A stretch of 64,000 bases of DNA from contig JAKMXF010000003.1 of the NCBI GenBank assembly GCA_024704765.1, positions 140,887 through 204,886 on the forward strand, given 5' to 3'. Below are positions 1 to 12,600 of the stretch, in pieces. The translations under genes and the position numbers were made by a program. The notes below the pieces were generated by a model. It ran no database searches and was not told where the DNA came from. It worked only from the letters and a program-made list of their open reading frames with translations. The stretch is from Oopsacas minuta. Its lineage: Eukaryota > Animalia > Porifera. Each line of letters begins with the position of its first letter. Within the stretch, counting starts at the first letter, position 1.

Positions 1-37
1 TAAATCTTGTCACCTAATATAGAATATTTGAATATAC

Positions 38-596
38 CTTGTGGGTTTTTAGACTTGAGTAATCTCTCAAGAGTCTCAATCTCTCTCTCATCTTTGATAA
101 TTGAATCTCTAGCCGGCTCATCTAAAACTTGAGGAGGTGGAGCATCAGGTAGATTCCCTTCATCATCAATTAACCCCTCTTTCTTCAACATCTCATACGC
201 GTCAAGGATTTTCCCTTGCTTAGGTAGTCCTCTCCTCCATTGAAAGAATAGCCCCCTTACTTTACCCTTAAGTTGTTCCGAGCTATTACTAGCGCTGTAT
301 TTTGGGGATATTAGCTTAATAAGCTCGTTCAATAGCTTAAACTTACCGACTTCATTATGAAACTTCACCCCACAATTCTTCACACAGGCCTCGATTACAG
401 CTAGAGCCAATAACTGAGTCTCTTCATCCTCCGATCGAAGTTTTGTTACGAGGACTTTTATCGCAGCTTGTGGACCCTCTGGCTCCTCATTGACTCTCTC
501 ACAGAATGACATCACAAATTCCCAATCCTGAAATCTATTTGTTGTATTTTTGGCTTTGTTGAAGATAGAATCGAATCCATCATCCTTGGTTACCAT
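38..596 (-). CDS. GGA: GGA-family ARF-binding clathrin adaptor, exon 1 (VHS domain and start of GAT); gene continues off the left edge
   Basis: Hand translation (absent from the ORF track because it has no stop in the window): MVTKDDGFDSIFNK...EACVKNCGVKFHNEVGKFKLLNELIKLISPKY...LERLLKSKNPQ, then a GT donor at 37. Matches the GGA VHS motif FHNEVGKFxxLNELIK. Confidence 0.88.
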
Positions 597-651
597 GTTG
601 GTGTATTGCTATGTTATTCTAATATTATATCAGTATATTTGATTATTAATA

Positions 652-762
652 GTTGCCTCCAGTCCGGACTGAAGCAGGAAGTTGGTAAGAAACTTTACCC
701 GAGGTATGATAGGGACCATACTGATAATTCTGATTTCCTAGCCTCAGTCTGGACTGGACAAC
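652..762. repeat. Small imperfect inverted repeat (hairpin or MITE-like)
   Basis: Left arm gttgcctccagtccggactgaagcagg versus reverse complement of right arm gttgtccagtccagactgaggctag. Confidence 0.55.
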
Positions 763-895
763 AGGTAACAAGCGACCCCAAGGATTAGTAAACTCAAAAT
801 GGAATAGAAAATTCAATTGAATAAACCACGAATAAATACGTTACTAATCGTACTAGCTATACCTACTGGGAGTTTTATGTAAGAGCTCTTTTGTA

Positions 896-1735
896 TTAAG
901 CGAATCCTATAAGAGTATTTTCTATTATAATTACAGGAAAATATTTTCCACAGTGAAACCACAGCAAACAGGGAACTTCTGCAAATGGAGTGGAAAATAA
1001 ACAGAGCGAATTCCTAGCCCGGTTGTCCCATACAAATGAACCCTCACAAACTGGGAATTTGGCAGAAACGTGGTTGCATTTTTCCGTTAGTGGCGGTCAC
1101 ACTGTATTTCACTGAATTTACCTTGGTCCATTTTACACTGCTTAAACATATAGTTAAGCCCCTCACAGAATTTGAGATCACTACTAGTCTGTGTACACTT
1201 GATGAAGTCTTCTAGCTCTTTAGCACAAGGTACTGCTCCTGCTTGTTGTTGAGTAGGTTGACTTATTTGTTGTTGATCCCTATAGAATAATAACAAATAT
1301 TTACATAACTAATTTGTAATGAGAATAATCAGCGTACTTACATATAACCCTGTGAAGGAGCTGCTTGTTGTACTTCCTCTCCACTTCCTCCTCCACCCAA
1401 TGATCCCACTAGTGCATGCCCTACTGTATGTCCCTATAATATTATCACAAACATGAATATGCGCTATACCTTTAGAGCTATTAATTATCAAAGTTGTCGG
1501 TTAGATGGCATACGATACAACTTACAATTGCTACTCCAGCAGCAGTAGTAGCTATTTGTGACATCATGCTAGGTTGAGTTGGAGCGACTGCAGGAACTTG
1601 TGGTTTCATAGGGACAGGCGGTGCGGCACTGGGAGCAGTGCTAATGGGACGAGACGTACCTCCGAAACCTCTACTAGGGGAGGGACTAGATTTAGGAGCC
1701 CCCATTCCAAAACCACCACCACGTCTGCGAGGCAT
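896..1735 (-). CDS. CHCHD2: CHCHD2/CHCHD10-like mitochondrial twin-CX9C protein, 4 exons
   Basis: MPRR..QIATTAAGVAI|GHTVGHALVG..QGYM|DQQQ..CAKELEDFIKC..CEGLNYMFKQC; CX9C pair. The last micro-exon 896-921 (ENTLIGFA*) is inferred; without that splice the stop is at 1087. Confidence 0.88.
951..1104. mobile_element. MITE family C (CAGTG-ended, Tc1/mariner-like) in the last CHCHD2 intron
   Basis: Ends cagtgaaacc...ggtcacactg(ta); internal sequence shared with the copy at about 56090-56240. Confidence 0.6.
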
Positions 1736-2239
1736 ATCTCAGCTAATTAACTAATTGAACTACATAAGTATTCGCTATAAATAGAAACAAATGGCTGAGA
1801 GGTGATAACTATAAGTAATGACGGAAAAGCCCCCGCTCCTGCTTCTATTAGTGCTACTTACATGACGCATTACATAGCAAATTCTTGTGATTAATGTTGG
1901 TGTATAAATTATCTAATTATGCCTGGTGTCAATTCACTCCTGTTTGGACCGGGTTTGCCCCCCCGCTTGTCCATTGGACAGCACTATCATATATGAATTG
2001 CTCTGAATAATAAAATTACCCTTAATTAGTTATAAGGAATGCCCGATGTATAAACGATAGATCTTTCTCATCAATCCTCCAAATAATTCTCCAGATCCAG
2101 CACTTCAATATATTTCCTGTAATCTGCCCTTTATAATAGTTATACAGGACTGAATGTCCGAATTATTTATCGCAACAGTTTACATAACAAAATAATAATA
2201 GTTTAATATCAATCAAAGTTTACAAATTTCTAAGAAAGT

Positions 2240-3955
2240 TCATAGCTCAGGATTAGCAGCTAACATAGTCAAGCCCCATCTCAAATCTGTAAGCATAAAC
2301 TTCAAAGATTTTGTCCAATGCTCATCAGAGTTCAATTGTCTCCGTATCGAATAAAAACCTGACTCTTCACTGCCAATTTTATCACCCTCGATTTTGTAGG
2401 GGAGTGTCATTTGTTGGTCTCTACTCTCTAACGCGCATTTAAATTGATTGACACAGTTCAGGAATGCGACTAAACCATTATCAAACCGCGTATCAGCGAA
2501 TATCCGAAGAGACCCCGAGCTGTGTAAGGGAAGCTCCCGTTTATTAGCGATATCCTCTACATACGAATGGTTCCCATAAGGAACAGGCCGATAGTTCGTG
2601 AACTGGACATGAGACTTCTTCCCCAGACAATGCAGTAACAACACAGCTTGACCTAGCCCAGCATTAATCTCATTCCAATCCACTGATACACTAGGTAGCC
2701 TGCCAAGCCTAAACCCATTTATCGTACCGAAGTGTCCGTTGTGCCAAATATGAAAGGCACTGTTTAATACGTTAGTTTTCTTGAGTTTACTTAACTGTGC
2801 TGTGACGTAGTGTAGCTGGTTACCTACACTCTGTTCCTCATCTTGGAATTGGAGATGTTGCTTCAAGAATTCATTGAAGTCTTTCCAGTATATTTTCTCT
2901 TTTTCGTCAATTGCTTTTTGCAATGTCTCTTGGAGTTTTATCTCTTCCTAAACAAATTTATTTCATTTTCGTTATAATTGGAGTTTACTGTACTTACACA
3001 AGTATTACGAATTCAGGTTCCTACACCATACCTCTATTTGTATTCTCTCTTCCTCCAGAGCAGCTATCTGTCTCTTAAGCTCTCTTTCTTCCTGTCTACA
3101 CCCTCTCAATTGTTCATCTAGGTTATTATCCTTCTGTTTCTCCTCACTGAGAGACCTTAAGTAACCTTCATACGATTTATTCTCATCTTCAGATTGTCTG
3201 AGTGTAGCCTCAAGATCTTCTATCAAAGTCTTAGCACAATCCTCGCATAGAGGATGATCTATTCTAGAGTTCTTGCTTAATATATCAAACAGCTGGGAAG
3301 CAGCTGGGAATTGAGATGGTGGGAAAGGAATGTTTGCATTAGTATTGGAGAGAGAAGAGCAGATTACTCGTCGTTCTATCTTTGGATTAGGAATAGATTC
3401 TTCTTCCACTGATTCACTCTATATAAGGTTACGTTAGTATAATTCTACTATATAACATGTACTAATCTTTAAGGCTATGTTAATGACAAACTTGTTTCAG
3501 CTCCACATGGTATCATCTGAGCATTCGGGCGGGAGGCATCTCATATCTCATTATTTTTGGAGTTATCACTTACGAAGTTGCAAGTAATAGAAATATCTCG
3601 ATGACTTTCTTCGAATATAAATCACTACTATTCCCTCGTGAGTTATTAAATATATTTCGTATTTGAATTTCATCGATAAAATGGTGAAATATTGAAAATA
3701 TTCATGTGACAGGTAAACTTGATGCGGGCGGTGGAGCTGAAACAAGTTTTTCCAACTAACAGTGTCCTAACTAACAATATCAATGAGTGTCTCTGTAATA
3801 TTACTGATGCCTCCTAGATCAGATGTATCTATAGCTCCAGTTAATGTATTGTCCAGTGAGATTAGTTTTTGACAAGATTGACATAGATACATACAGGGAT
3901 CTGTTTGATGAGATGGGACAGCTGATTGTTTGGATACGAGAGGAAAAGTAGCCAT
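2240..3955 (-). CDS. BECN1: Beclin-1 / Atg6
   Basis: Three ORF blocks: CQSCQKLISLD; LFDILS..IDHPLCEDC; LKKTNVLNSAFHIWHNGHFGTINGFRLGRLPSVSVDWNEINAGLGQ...WTKSLKFMLTDLRWGL. Confidence 0.95.
3488..3749. mobile_element. 262-bp element with perfect 19-bp terminal inverted repeats in BECN1 intron 1
   Basis: aaacttgtttcagctccac (3488-3506) and gtggagctgaaacaagttt (3731-3749); no clear target-site duplication. Confidence 0.65.
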
Positions 3956-4025
3956 TAAATAACAAATTCTACTAAAATTGATTCCTCAGAAAAAACATAT
4001 ATACAAATGTGTGAAAACGTTTTTA

Positions 4026-4102
4026 CAGTATAACATATGACATACACAAATGGGGTGTCAGGGACGCCCAAAAATGTTACCCCGTTTGTGGAGATTACAT
4101 TG
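4026..4102. mobile_element. MITE family C copy
   Basis: ta-cagtataac...gtggagattacattg-ta; internal gacgcc-aaaa motif shared with copies at about 46210 and 59790. Confidence 0.55.
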
Positions 4103-4288
4103 TATAATTGTTGATACATTATTACTACGTCCAGAGGCGAAATGCGGGTAAATCTGGTGGCTGAGATGGCACAATTTGTAAGGCAAGTTCTCAAAAATTG
4201 TAATCCAAGAGACATATAATACCTCAAGTAGAACATTGAATTAATAGTTTGTGATTAGAATTAATATATTACACTCAGCAGTAAATTC

Positions 4289-6546
4289 TCAATATCTTGA
4301 TTTCTTACTGTCCGAATCTTTATCCATTGTTACTCCGGAACGTTTTACTCGTTGTAGAAATTTGTTAATATCAAATGGATCTTGTTCCTTTGCAAATTGG
4401 ACAGGACCAGTTGGCCTCGCCCCTTCCGTGTCTGCTCCTGAGAAGGGTTTATCCGCTTCAAATCTCTTTCCCATACCTCTATGACCATCTTCGTCCCCGT
4501 AAATATCCTGATCCAAGTCTTTACGGGGGCGATAGATCTTCTCTGCCATGGACCCTCCTTGTCGGAACGGCTGATCGTACACGTTATAGGAATCATCCTC
4601 AAATTCATAGCCAGAACTAACACCCTTGTTTTGATTGAATAATCTCTGATCAAACAAACTCTCCTGTCCTGCTGTTTTAGCTGGCATCCCTAAAGCAATC
4701 TTTTCAGAGATGTCACGGTCCTTCCCACGATCCGGTTTCCCTTTCTTGTCTCCTCCGACTTTGCTTAGCCTCTTCTGACGTTCCCTTTCCTTGTGACGCT
4801 CGTACTTTATCTCCTCTCTCTCCATCACTTCTTCTTGTTCCTGTTCATCTGCTGGAGCAGTTCGGATACCCACTCGCCTAGACGGAAGTTGTAATTAATG
4901 CAAATATAGGAAATAGAATGATAGTTGTTTTCCATTGTTTGTGAGTTAATTACTAAATTCAATAACGAATTAAGCGAATTTCGCCTAGAATTATCCTCCG
5001 ATTCATTACTCACTTATCTCTAGCTAGTTTAGCTATCCTCTCTAAATCTTTCTCTCTCTTAGCATTCAATTTCTCCTCATATTTCTTCTCGATCTGATAT
5101 CTCATCTCAATAGCTTGTCTAGCCTTCCTATCTGCTGCGTATAATGATTGAGACAGTTTAGCAAAGTTATCGTTAATGAGAGGGTCTTGTAATCCCCTTC
5201 CGTCTGCAGCTAGACGCTTGTCTAATGGGACTGTGAAGCCTCGAGGATTTGTCCAGTTTGATATCGACGGAGGAATCTTCCAATCTTGTTGCTCCTTTGC
5301 TGTCACCTAATTTGACAATAGAAATGATACAATAAACATCCATAAACAGGGGCATGAGGAAACGGAATGAAAATAATTTACTGTATTATATTTCAGTGGC
5401 TATATTTAGATTACCTTTCTATTAGGGGAGTGTAGTACCGGAACAGGGGGTGAGGGAGGGCCTCTTGGTATTTTCTTGTTGATAGTAAACCTCGGGGGCT
5501 CCATAGGATCCTTTTGTACCTCCACCATATGGATAAGTCTCTGGTTACAACCTGAATTGAATTGTTCCCCTTGCAGAGCTGGTGTGTAACGGATGTACTC
5601 AACTGGCGCCCGTTTTTCAGCAGCTTTTGCTGGGAGAGCAGCTGATATTTTAGTTTGTATGATTTTCTCTAAAGCTAGTCGGGTTTCTTCAGTCGTCTTA
5701 TCCACCTGTTCTTGATCAGGACGAGCTAGTTCTGGGTTATTCCTGCTGATGGGGAGAGCATCTTGAGGCTTTGTGTGTAATACCTATAGTATAGCGAGAT
5801 TATGAAATGTGGACTCTATTTCTCAGCCAAATATCTGAATCGAGCATTCAATTGATTCGCTGAGTAGGATAATTGAGTGAGAAATACAATAATACAGGTT
5901 ACCCCCATGTATGTCCAGACATCCTATGGCCTTTTCAATCTTATGTCTAGGAGGAATTACATACTATACAATAATACATTAGCTTAAATAGACATGGGGT
6001 AAACACATCTCAGCCCTTAATATAGTGAAACCAGCATAAACCAAACACTCGTTGAGACATGAAAATTTTGTCTGTTTTGCAAATTGTCGGAAGCTATTTC
6101 AGATCAGAAACACTGTTGAATTGTCTATGCAGGTTCCACAATATTAAAAGTCTACATCTGTATGTAATATTATAGCTTGCAACTGAATCTATTCCCAGTT
6201 GATATTAGTAACTAACTCAACTAACTTTATCCTTTCTCTGTCCTTGATACACAACAGCATCATACTTTATGTGTCCATCTTTATCCATCTGTAACGGTAT
6301 AACACTTCTGTTACCAGACCCAGGGGTCTTCCTACCCATGTTCATGGGGTATTGAGCGACTGGGATCTCTGGAAATGCGCCTCCATCCCCGAAATCCTCC
6401 AGGCACCGCGGGATCCAGCCCTTCCGTGCACCGTAAACAGGAGGACCCTGTTTAGCTACTGCTTGAATAGTATAGTCGTTGCTACGATACGAAGGTGGCT
6501 CTTGGAATGTTTGTACAGGAGCTGGTAGTATATTTGGTAGTGACAT
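4289..6546 (-). CDS. SNW1: SNW domain-containing protein 1 (SKIP/Prp45), 4 exons
   Basis: EDFGDGGAFPEIPVAQYPMNMG; YIRYTP; MVEVQKDPMEPPRF..NKKIPRGPPSPPVPVLHSP; WKIPPSISNWTNPRGFTVPLDKRLAADGRGLQ; DISEKIALG..FDQRLFNQ. Confidence 0.96.
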
Positions 6547-6673
6547 GTTGCTAGGCATTTGCACATAAATATTTAAATAATTATGTAACGAAAATTATAA
6601 GATAAGACTTAAACTACACAATCAACTTCAATAGGAAATCACTACACAATACTCTAGTATGTTTTTACGTTGG

Positions 6674-9600
6674 CTAGCTTGTTAGATCTTTGTTCTTCTG
6701 TAATATTACGAATCCTTCTAGAAGAGGAGTTATGGGTATATCTAGAAATGAATATATCCCTCATAAAATTTCGCGGAGATATATTGGCCTCAAAATATTA
6801 TACTTGCTCATATTAACTGCCTAGTTAATAAATATTGAATTTCTCTAAGAATATAGCTTACATTCATTCGTAGCTAACTCAGCTCTCTCCCCATAAGATA
6901 ACAATACAGGAGTAGAATGAGTCTGAAACCCTGTTATAGTCTTTGGCTTTCCTGCTTGTCCTACTACATCTACTGCTTGACCTACACGTACACTCACAGA
7001 CAGAGGCTTGAGGTCTGTATCTAGTGTTACCAGCATACGAGGCTGTATTGCTAAGGCTATGCAGTAGAGAAGGTAGCAAGGGTTGGAGTGCCCGATTAAT
7101 ACTAAACAAATTCACAAGTAAACTGGAGCAACTTTTCTATAGCAGCCACAGGAACATGCTAAGTTATTGTCTCACCCCTTCTACATTCCAAATATCAACT
7201 CAGGTAACTAGGGATTTAATTTATCTTTGGAACGTCAAGGGTGCTAATTGACACCCCCAGACCCAGGAAGTACAACACTTACTATTTTTAACATCCATAG
7301 CAGCTACCAATACAGTCACCAGACTACCGACAGCAACAGGAGTAAACAATCCTCTGTCAGAATGATAAGGATTTAGTGTAAGGGTACCTTTACCGAGATG
7401 TATTAGACCTTGTGCTAGTCTTACTATATAGAGATTATTACTATCCTTCTGGTAATAAGTAGCTAGTTGTTTTAGCATGTTAACTAGCCTCGAGTTGTTA
7501 GTCCCTAATAAATATATATATATGGAATAGATGGAACAATGAAACCTCCACAAACTGTTTGTCCCGTATTGACCCTTTTAATTATAGTTTATTGTATTAC
7601 AACAATACTCTTACCAGCTCCAACAATCCCCATTGCTAGTATAGCATTGTGTGCTGTCTCAGCATCATTATCATGTGATAGCTTAGATAGAGCATCAAGT
7701 ACAGGAAGCTGTGGATTAGAGGCTGATATGAGGGCTAATGCTAGAGGTACTGATCTCTTTATTACGCTATCTCCATACTGCAACTATAATATATACAGAA
7801 TTAAGTCAGTCAACTCCCGGTATATCTAACACGGATATATAGAAATACCCGCTTATGTCTGAGCCTTAAATTGTCCAAATATGGTCACAAACAGCTGAAG
7901 TACCATATATTCCATAGGTTATATCGAGTAATTATCGCGGGTACTTGAGCTTCGATATAACGAGAGTAGACTGTACGTATGTGAATTCACATAACACTTA
8001 ATAATCAAGTACAATAAATAGAATGACATACACAGATTATCACGAATATTTTCCATGTTTACAACTCATATAATGCCATTAAAACTACTCACAACATATC
8101 GCTATAGACTGCTATTACAACATACATACAGACATAACCATATGCTACAGGTGAGAAATGTCGCTAACAATGAGAATAAACTTGTAGGCTGTAGTGACCT
8201 TACAAACATGAGGAATATCGGGATACTAGCACACATCGACGCGGGTAAAACAAGCACAACAGAATGCATGCTGTTCCACGCGGGTGTTGTGAAGAAAATA
8301 GGCCGGATAGATGACGGGGACACTCGTATGGATTTCATGAAACAGGAACGAGAGAGAGGGATAACTATAAATGCGGCGAACATCGCTTTCAACTGGTTAA
8401 ATCGGACAGTTAATTTGATCGATACACCAGGCCATGTTGATTTTAACTTTGAAGTAGAAAGATGTTTGCATGTGTTGGACAGTGCGGTGCTAGTGCTAGA
8501 CGGGACCGAGGGTGTACAACCACAGACTATATCCATCAACAAACAAATGACAGAATGGACACTACCTAGACTAATATATACAAACAAAATGGACAGAAAA
8601 AACGCAGACTTCGATCGTTCAATAAAAGCACTTAGAAAAGAATTGGAAGTTAATCCGGTTGTATATACACGACCGGTTTATATCAATGGAATGTTCAGAG
8701 GTGTTGTTGACCTAATTTCAATGATTGTAAGGATTCACACAAAAAATAATATACAATGTTTCCCTGTAAACGGAGAGAATGGAGGGTTTAATGAACAGCT
8801 GATCGAGATGGGAGTAAATCGTGAAAACTTGGAAATAATAATCCATTCAAGAACCAAATTGATTGAAGAGTTAGTCAGTTTTGATGAGAATTTGTTAGAA
8901 GAATATTTCGAAGGCAAAACACCGTCACCAGAAAATCTCAAACGTCTACTAAGATCTTGCTGTGTAAATCAACAGGTCTCCCCTGTGCTATGTGGTAGTG
9001 CAGTAACCAACATAGGAATAGACTTGTTGCTAAACGCAATCGTTGAATATCTTCCCTCACCGCTAGATAGGATTGAAAGTCATTTCCCAGTCAATTTCCA
9101 CCATGATGCAAATTCCCCGTTGATAGCTTATGCATTTAAAGTAATACAAGATAGAAACAGAGGCTCACTCGTGTATCTACGTGTATATTCAGGGGTGTTA
9201 AAATCTCATTCACACATTTATAGACTAGGGGATAGAGGCAGTGAGAAGATTAATCGTTTATTGCTCAGTCAAGCCGGGGATTTGAAAGAAATCCGCGCAG
9301 TAGGACCTGGAAATATCGGCGTGGCAGTTGGCCTGAAGGAGACACAAACAGGTGACGTCATCACGAGTGACGAAACTATTCTAACAGAAATAACTAAACA
9401 AATAGAAACGGCGAATGATTGTGTTACAAAACGAACTGCAAGCCCCAGTCAAACCTGGCTTACTAATTTAATAAAGCTTAACGTGCCTGATGCAGTATTC
9501 TACTGTACACTATATGTAGACAGTAAGGAGGAAGAGAGAGAGCTAGTGAAAGCCCTGAACCAGCTGACTACAGAGGATCCCAGTCTTAGATACAAGATAG

Positions 9601-12600
9601 ATCCGAATAATGAGGACTTAGTCGTGTCAGGCATGGGGGACCTGCATCTACAGATTCTTATAGACCGATTGAAACACGAATACAGGATTATAGTCAAACT
9701 AGGGAAACTGAGTATCGCTTATCAAGAAGTCCCAACTATTGTAAGTAAGGAAGTATACGAGACGACAAGCACTATGAGTGGGAGAGAGCAACATGTAGAA
9801 ATAGGCCTGAGAGTTATACCCGGTGGACAGAACATTAAAGTTGTCAACCGATTAGGAAACGAGGTTGTTATAAGCCGCGACCAACTCAAAGCAATACAGA
9901 ATGCAGTCAGGGCAGTTTGCGTAGGAGGTGGCCCGTTAATACATGGTCCTGTTACAGAATTATCAGTCGAACTGACTGACTTTACCTGTGAAGAAGTGAC
10001 GTCACTCAATATTGTGAGTTATGCGACAAGAGAATGTTTGACTAAAGCACTACGTAATAGTGAACTAAGGTTAAGTGAACCTGTTATGAAAGTGGAAATT
10101 AAACTATCAGAAGAATACGTGGAAGCTGTACTGGCGGATTTAGCTAATAACAGACGAGGTATAGTTAAGAGAGTTCTGACAGACGCTAGGGCCAGCTGTT
10201 TAGAGGCGGAGGTACCGCTAGAACATTTACTGCAGTATAGCAATGTAGTGAGGGGGCTTACGTCAGGATATGGAGAGTATTCAAGCAGATTCCTAACCTA
10301 CAGACAGGTTGCTAACGAGCACCAGAAGACTATTATAGATAGATATAAAGGATATTAATTCGTTATTATCTGATATTGTAACTTAGCTTAGAAATAATAT
10401 GTACTCAAAGTAGGATAGAGTTCAATTGTTCTTCCTAGAGCGGCCGAAACGCGGTATCAATCGGTTCCCAACCCAGGTTCCATGGATTCCTTAGTGGTCT
10501 ACGAACGACAGTAGGGGGTCTACAGAGCGTCTTTTAAATGGGGAATGGGGGTCCATGTGTGAACAGTTGGGAACTGCTGGGTTAGGAATTTAATTATATA
10601 TGAACCTTACCAAATGCGAGAAAGTTCTGAGTGACATTTCAGCTCCTATCTCCTCCCCCATGGCTACTAACGCTATGCCCAACACAGTAATAGCTTGATG
10701 AGCTCCTGGCTCATGGAGAGCTCCAGCTACAGCTGTAGGGTCTTTTAAGTTTTCCTTCCCTTTCGTATCTTTCTCTTTCTCATCTTCCTCAGAGAAGAAC
10801 TCACTGGCTTTATGCAGAAGAGACTGTATTTTCAATACATTACCAGTTCCTAATATTAAGATAATAAGGCATTTGAATACGGGCGACTTAATTATGACGT
10901 CATGAATATTACCTGCATAAGCACACACATCTAATAGAATAACACCAAAATCCTTGAGATGAGCAGGTAGACTATCAAATGCATTAGCTATGTCATTAGC
11001 TGCTTTCTGCTTACCAAGGAATATTAAACCAACTGCCAATATAATGAATCTAAATACATTTTTTTGTTAAAAACCTATATTATAATGGTATAGAATATGT
11101 CAGTGTGTGATGGAATCTTATGACAGGCTTCAATTTAATAAGAATTAAGTTTCCAACCTGTTGTATGTAGATTTGACATTGTATCCTTCCTTACTGAAAA
11201 TAGTTAACAGCTTTAAAGCTAGTTCAGCATTACAAGATCCCAAAGCAATAAATCCTATTGACAGAGCTGTAACACTGATAACCTCACTGGTTATTAGTTT
11301 ATCATTTGCATTAGATACTTTATCTGTGAATACTTCTGTTAACATCACAATTAAGTCTTCACGGCATGATCCAGCATATGCTAATCCTAATCTAATAGAA
11401 ATACAATGCGAGCTCGTTAATAAGAACACAAACAGATTAATAGTGGACTATGTGAAGAGGTTCTTGTCGTTATAACTCACCCTAGAATAGCAGCTATCTT
11501 CATTTTGATATGACTAACATTAGCATCTGATACAAACTCAGATAGAATACCCATAGCAGGATCACACTCATTCCTTATACCACAATTTACTATACCGGTT
11601 GCTAAGAGAGCTCCTGCCTACAGAAAATACGTCAAAATATAACAGCTGATCGTAAGCATAGGAAGCACCATAAGCGCCGACACAAGGAGTATTTCACGGG
11701 TAACATCGAAGTAATTATCGCGGTTCCTTGAGCATCGATATAACGAGAGTTAACTGTACAATATATCATAGCTTACTTTAATTTCAATATCTTGTGAATA
11801 TATATACTTGTCAATATGTGTCAGACCTGTATCAACATCCCATAACATTATAAGTCCCAGAGAAGCTACAGCGCTAATCATTCCGTTATCTTTAACTTTA
11901 CCAAGCCAAGCTTGATTATCTGCATCCATTGTAACTTTATCTTTACCAAAAGCACAATTAACAAATCCATTAACGAACGTGGAAGCTAGGAACATTTTGC
12001 TTTGGTCTTGTGTAGCAGTTCTAGGAGGATCTGAGTGATTCTTCATGACGTCATCTGGTAGTTTTGGTTCAACGATATCTAACTGGAGAGATGGAATGTA
12101 TCAATTCTTAATTGTAATTGGCTGAAGATATGTACAGTGGAACATCGTTAATACGTATTTCCTGATAAGAACTTATTCAATTGGTATTACACCGGATAAA
12201 GCGAACAGATTTGACCGTCTGTTAGTATTCCTATTAACGAGGCTACACTGTATGCGGAACTTACTTCTCTAGCTAATGCCAGGAAATGTTGATTTAATTG
12301 AGAATTAGAAATAATCTCTCGTAACAACTCATTACTACTCTCCATCTCATCTTCTGGTATTTCTAAGAATACTTGCTGTCTGCCTAGCATAAAGCAGAGC
12401 TGTTTCTTCAATAATCTACGAGATGAATCGAATTAAAATGTAGTTTGGTAGGAAATTGGAAAGTGTTCCCATCAAATGCCTATTTTCCCATCCATGTATC
12501 CAATAGATTAACTCACTCATCGTTACAAGAGAAGAATATATCTTTAATGAGTTTGAGATCATTCAGCTGCATTGCTAGTTTCATAGCTGCAGCTAGCTTA

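Noticed and set aside
8102-10243. Antisense ORFs over GFM2, and similar ones over TBP, MTMR, GNB, PGM2 and the RIM-BP paralog
   Set aside because: They are shadow frames of real CDSs with no recognisable motifs.
8055-10358. Bacterial EF-G by horizontal transfer or contamination
   Set aside because: It has a presequence-like leader, GFM2-type residues (EVERCL) and host-like composition, and it is embedded in a well-defined host intron.
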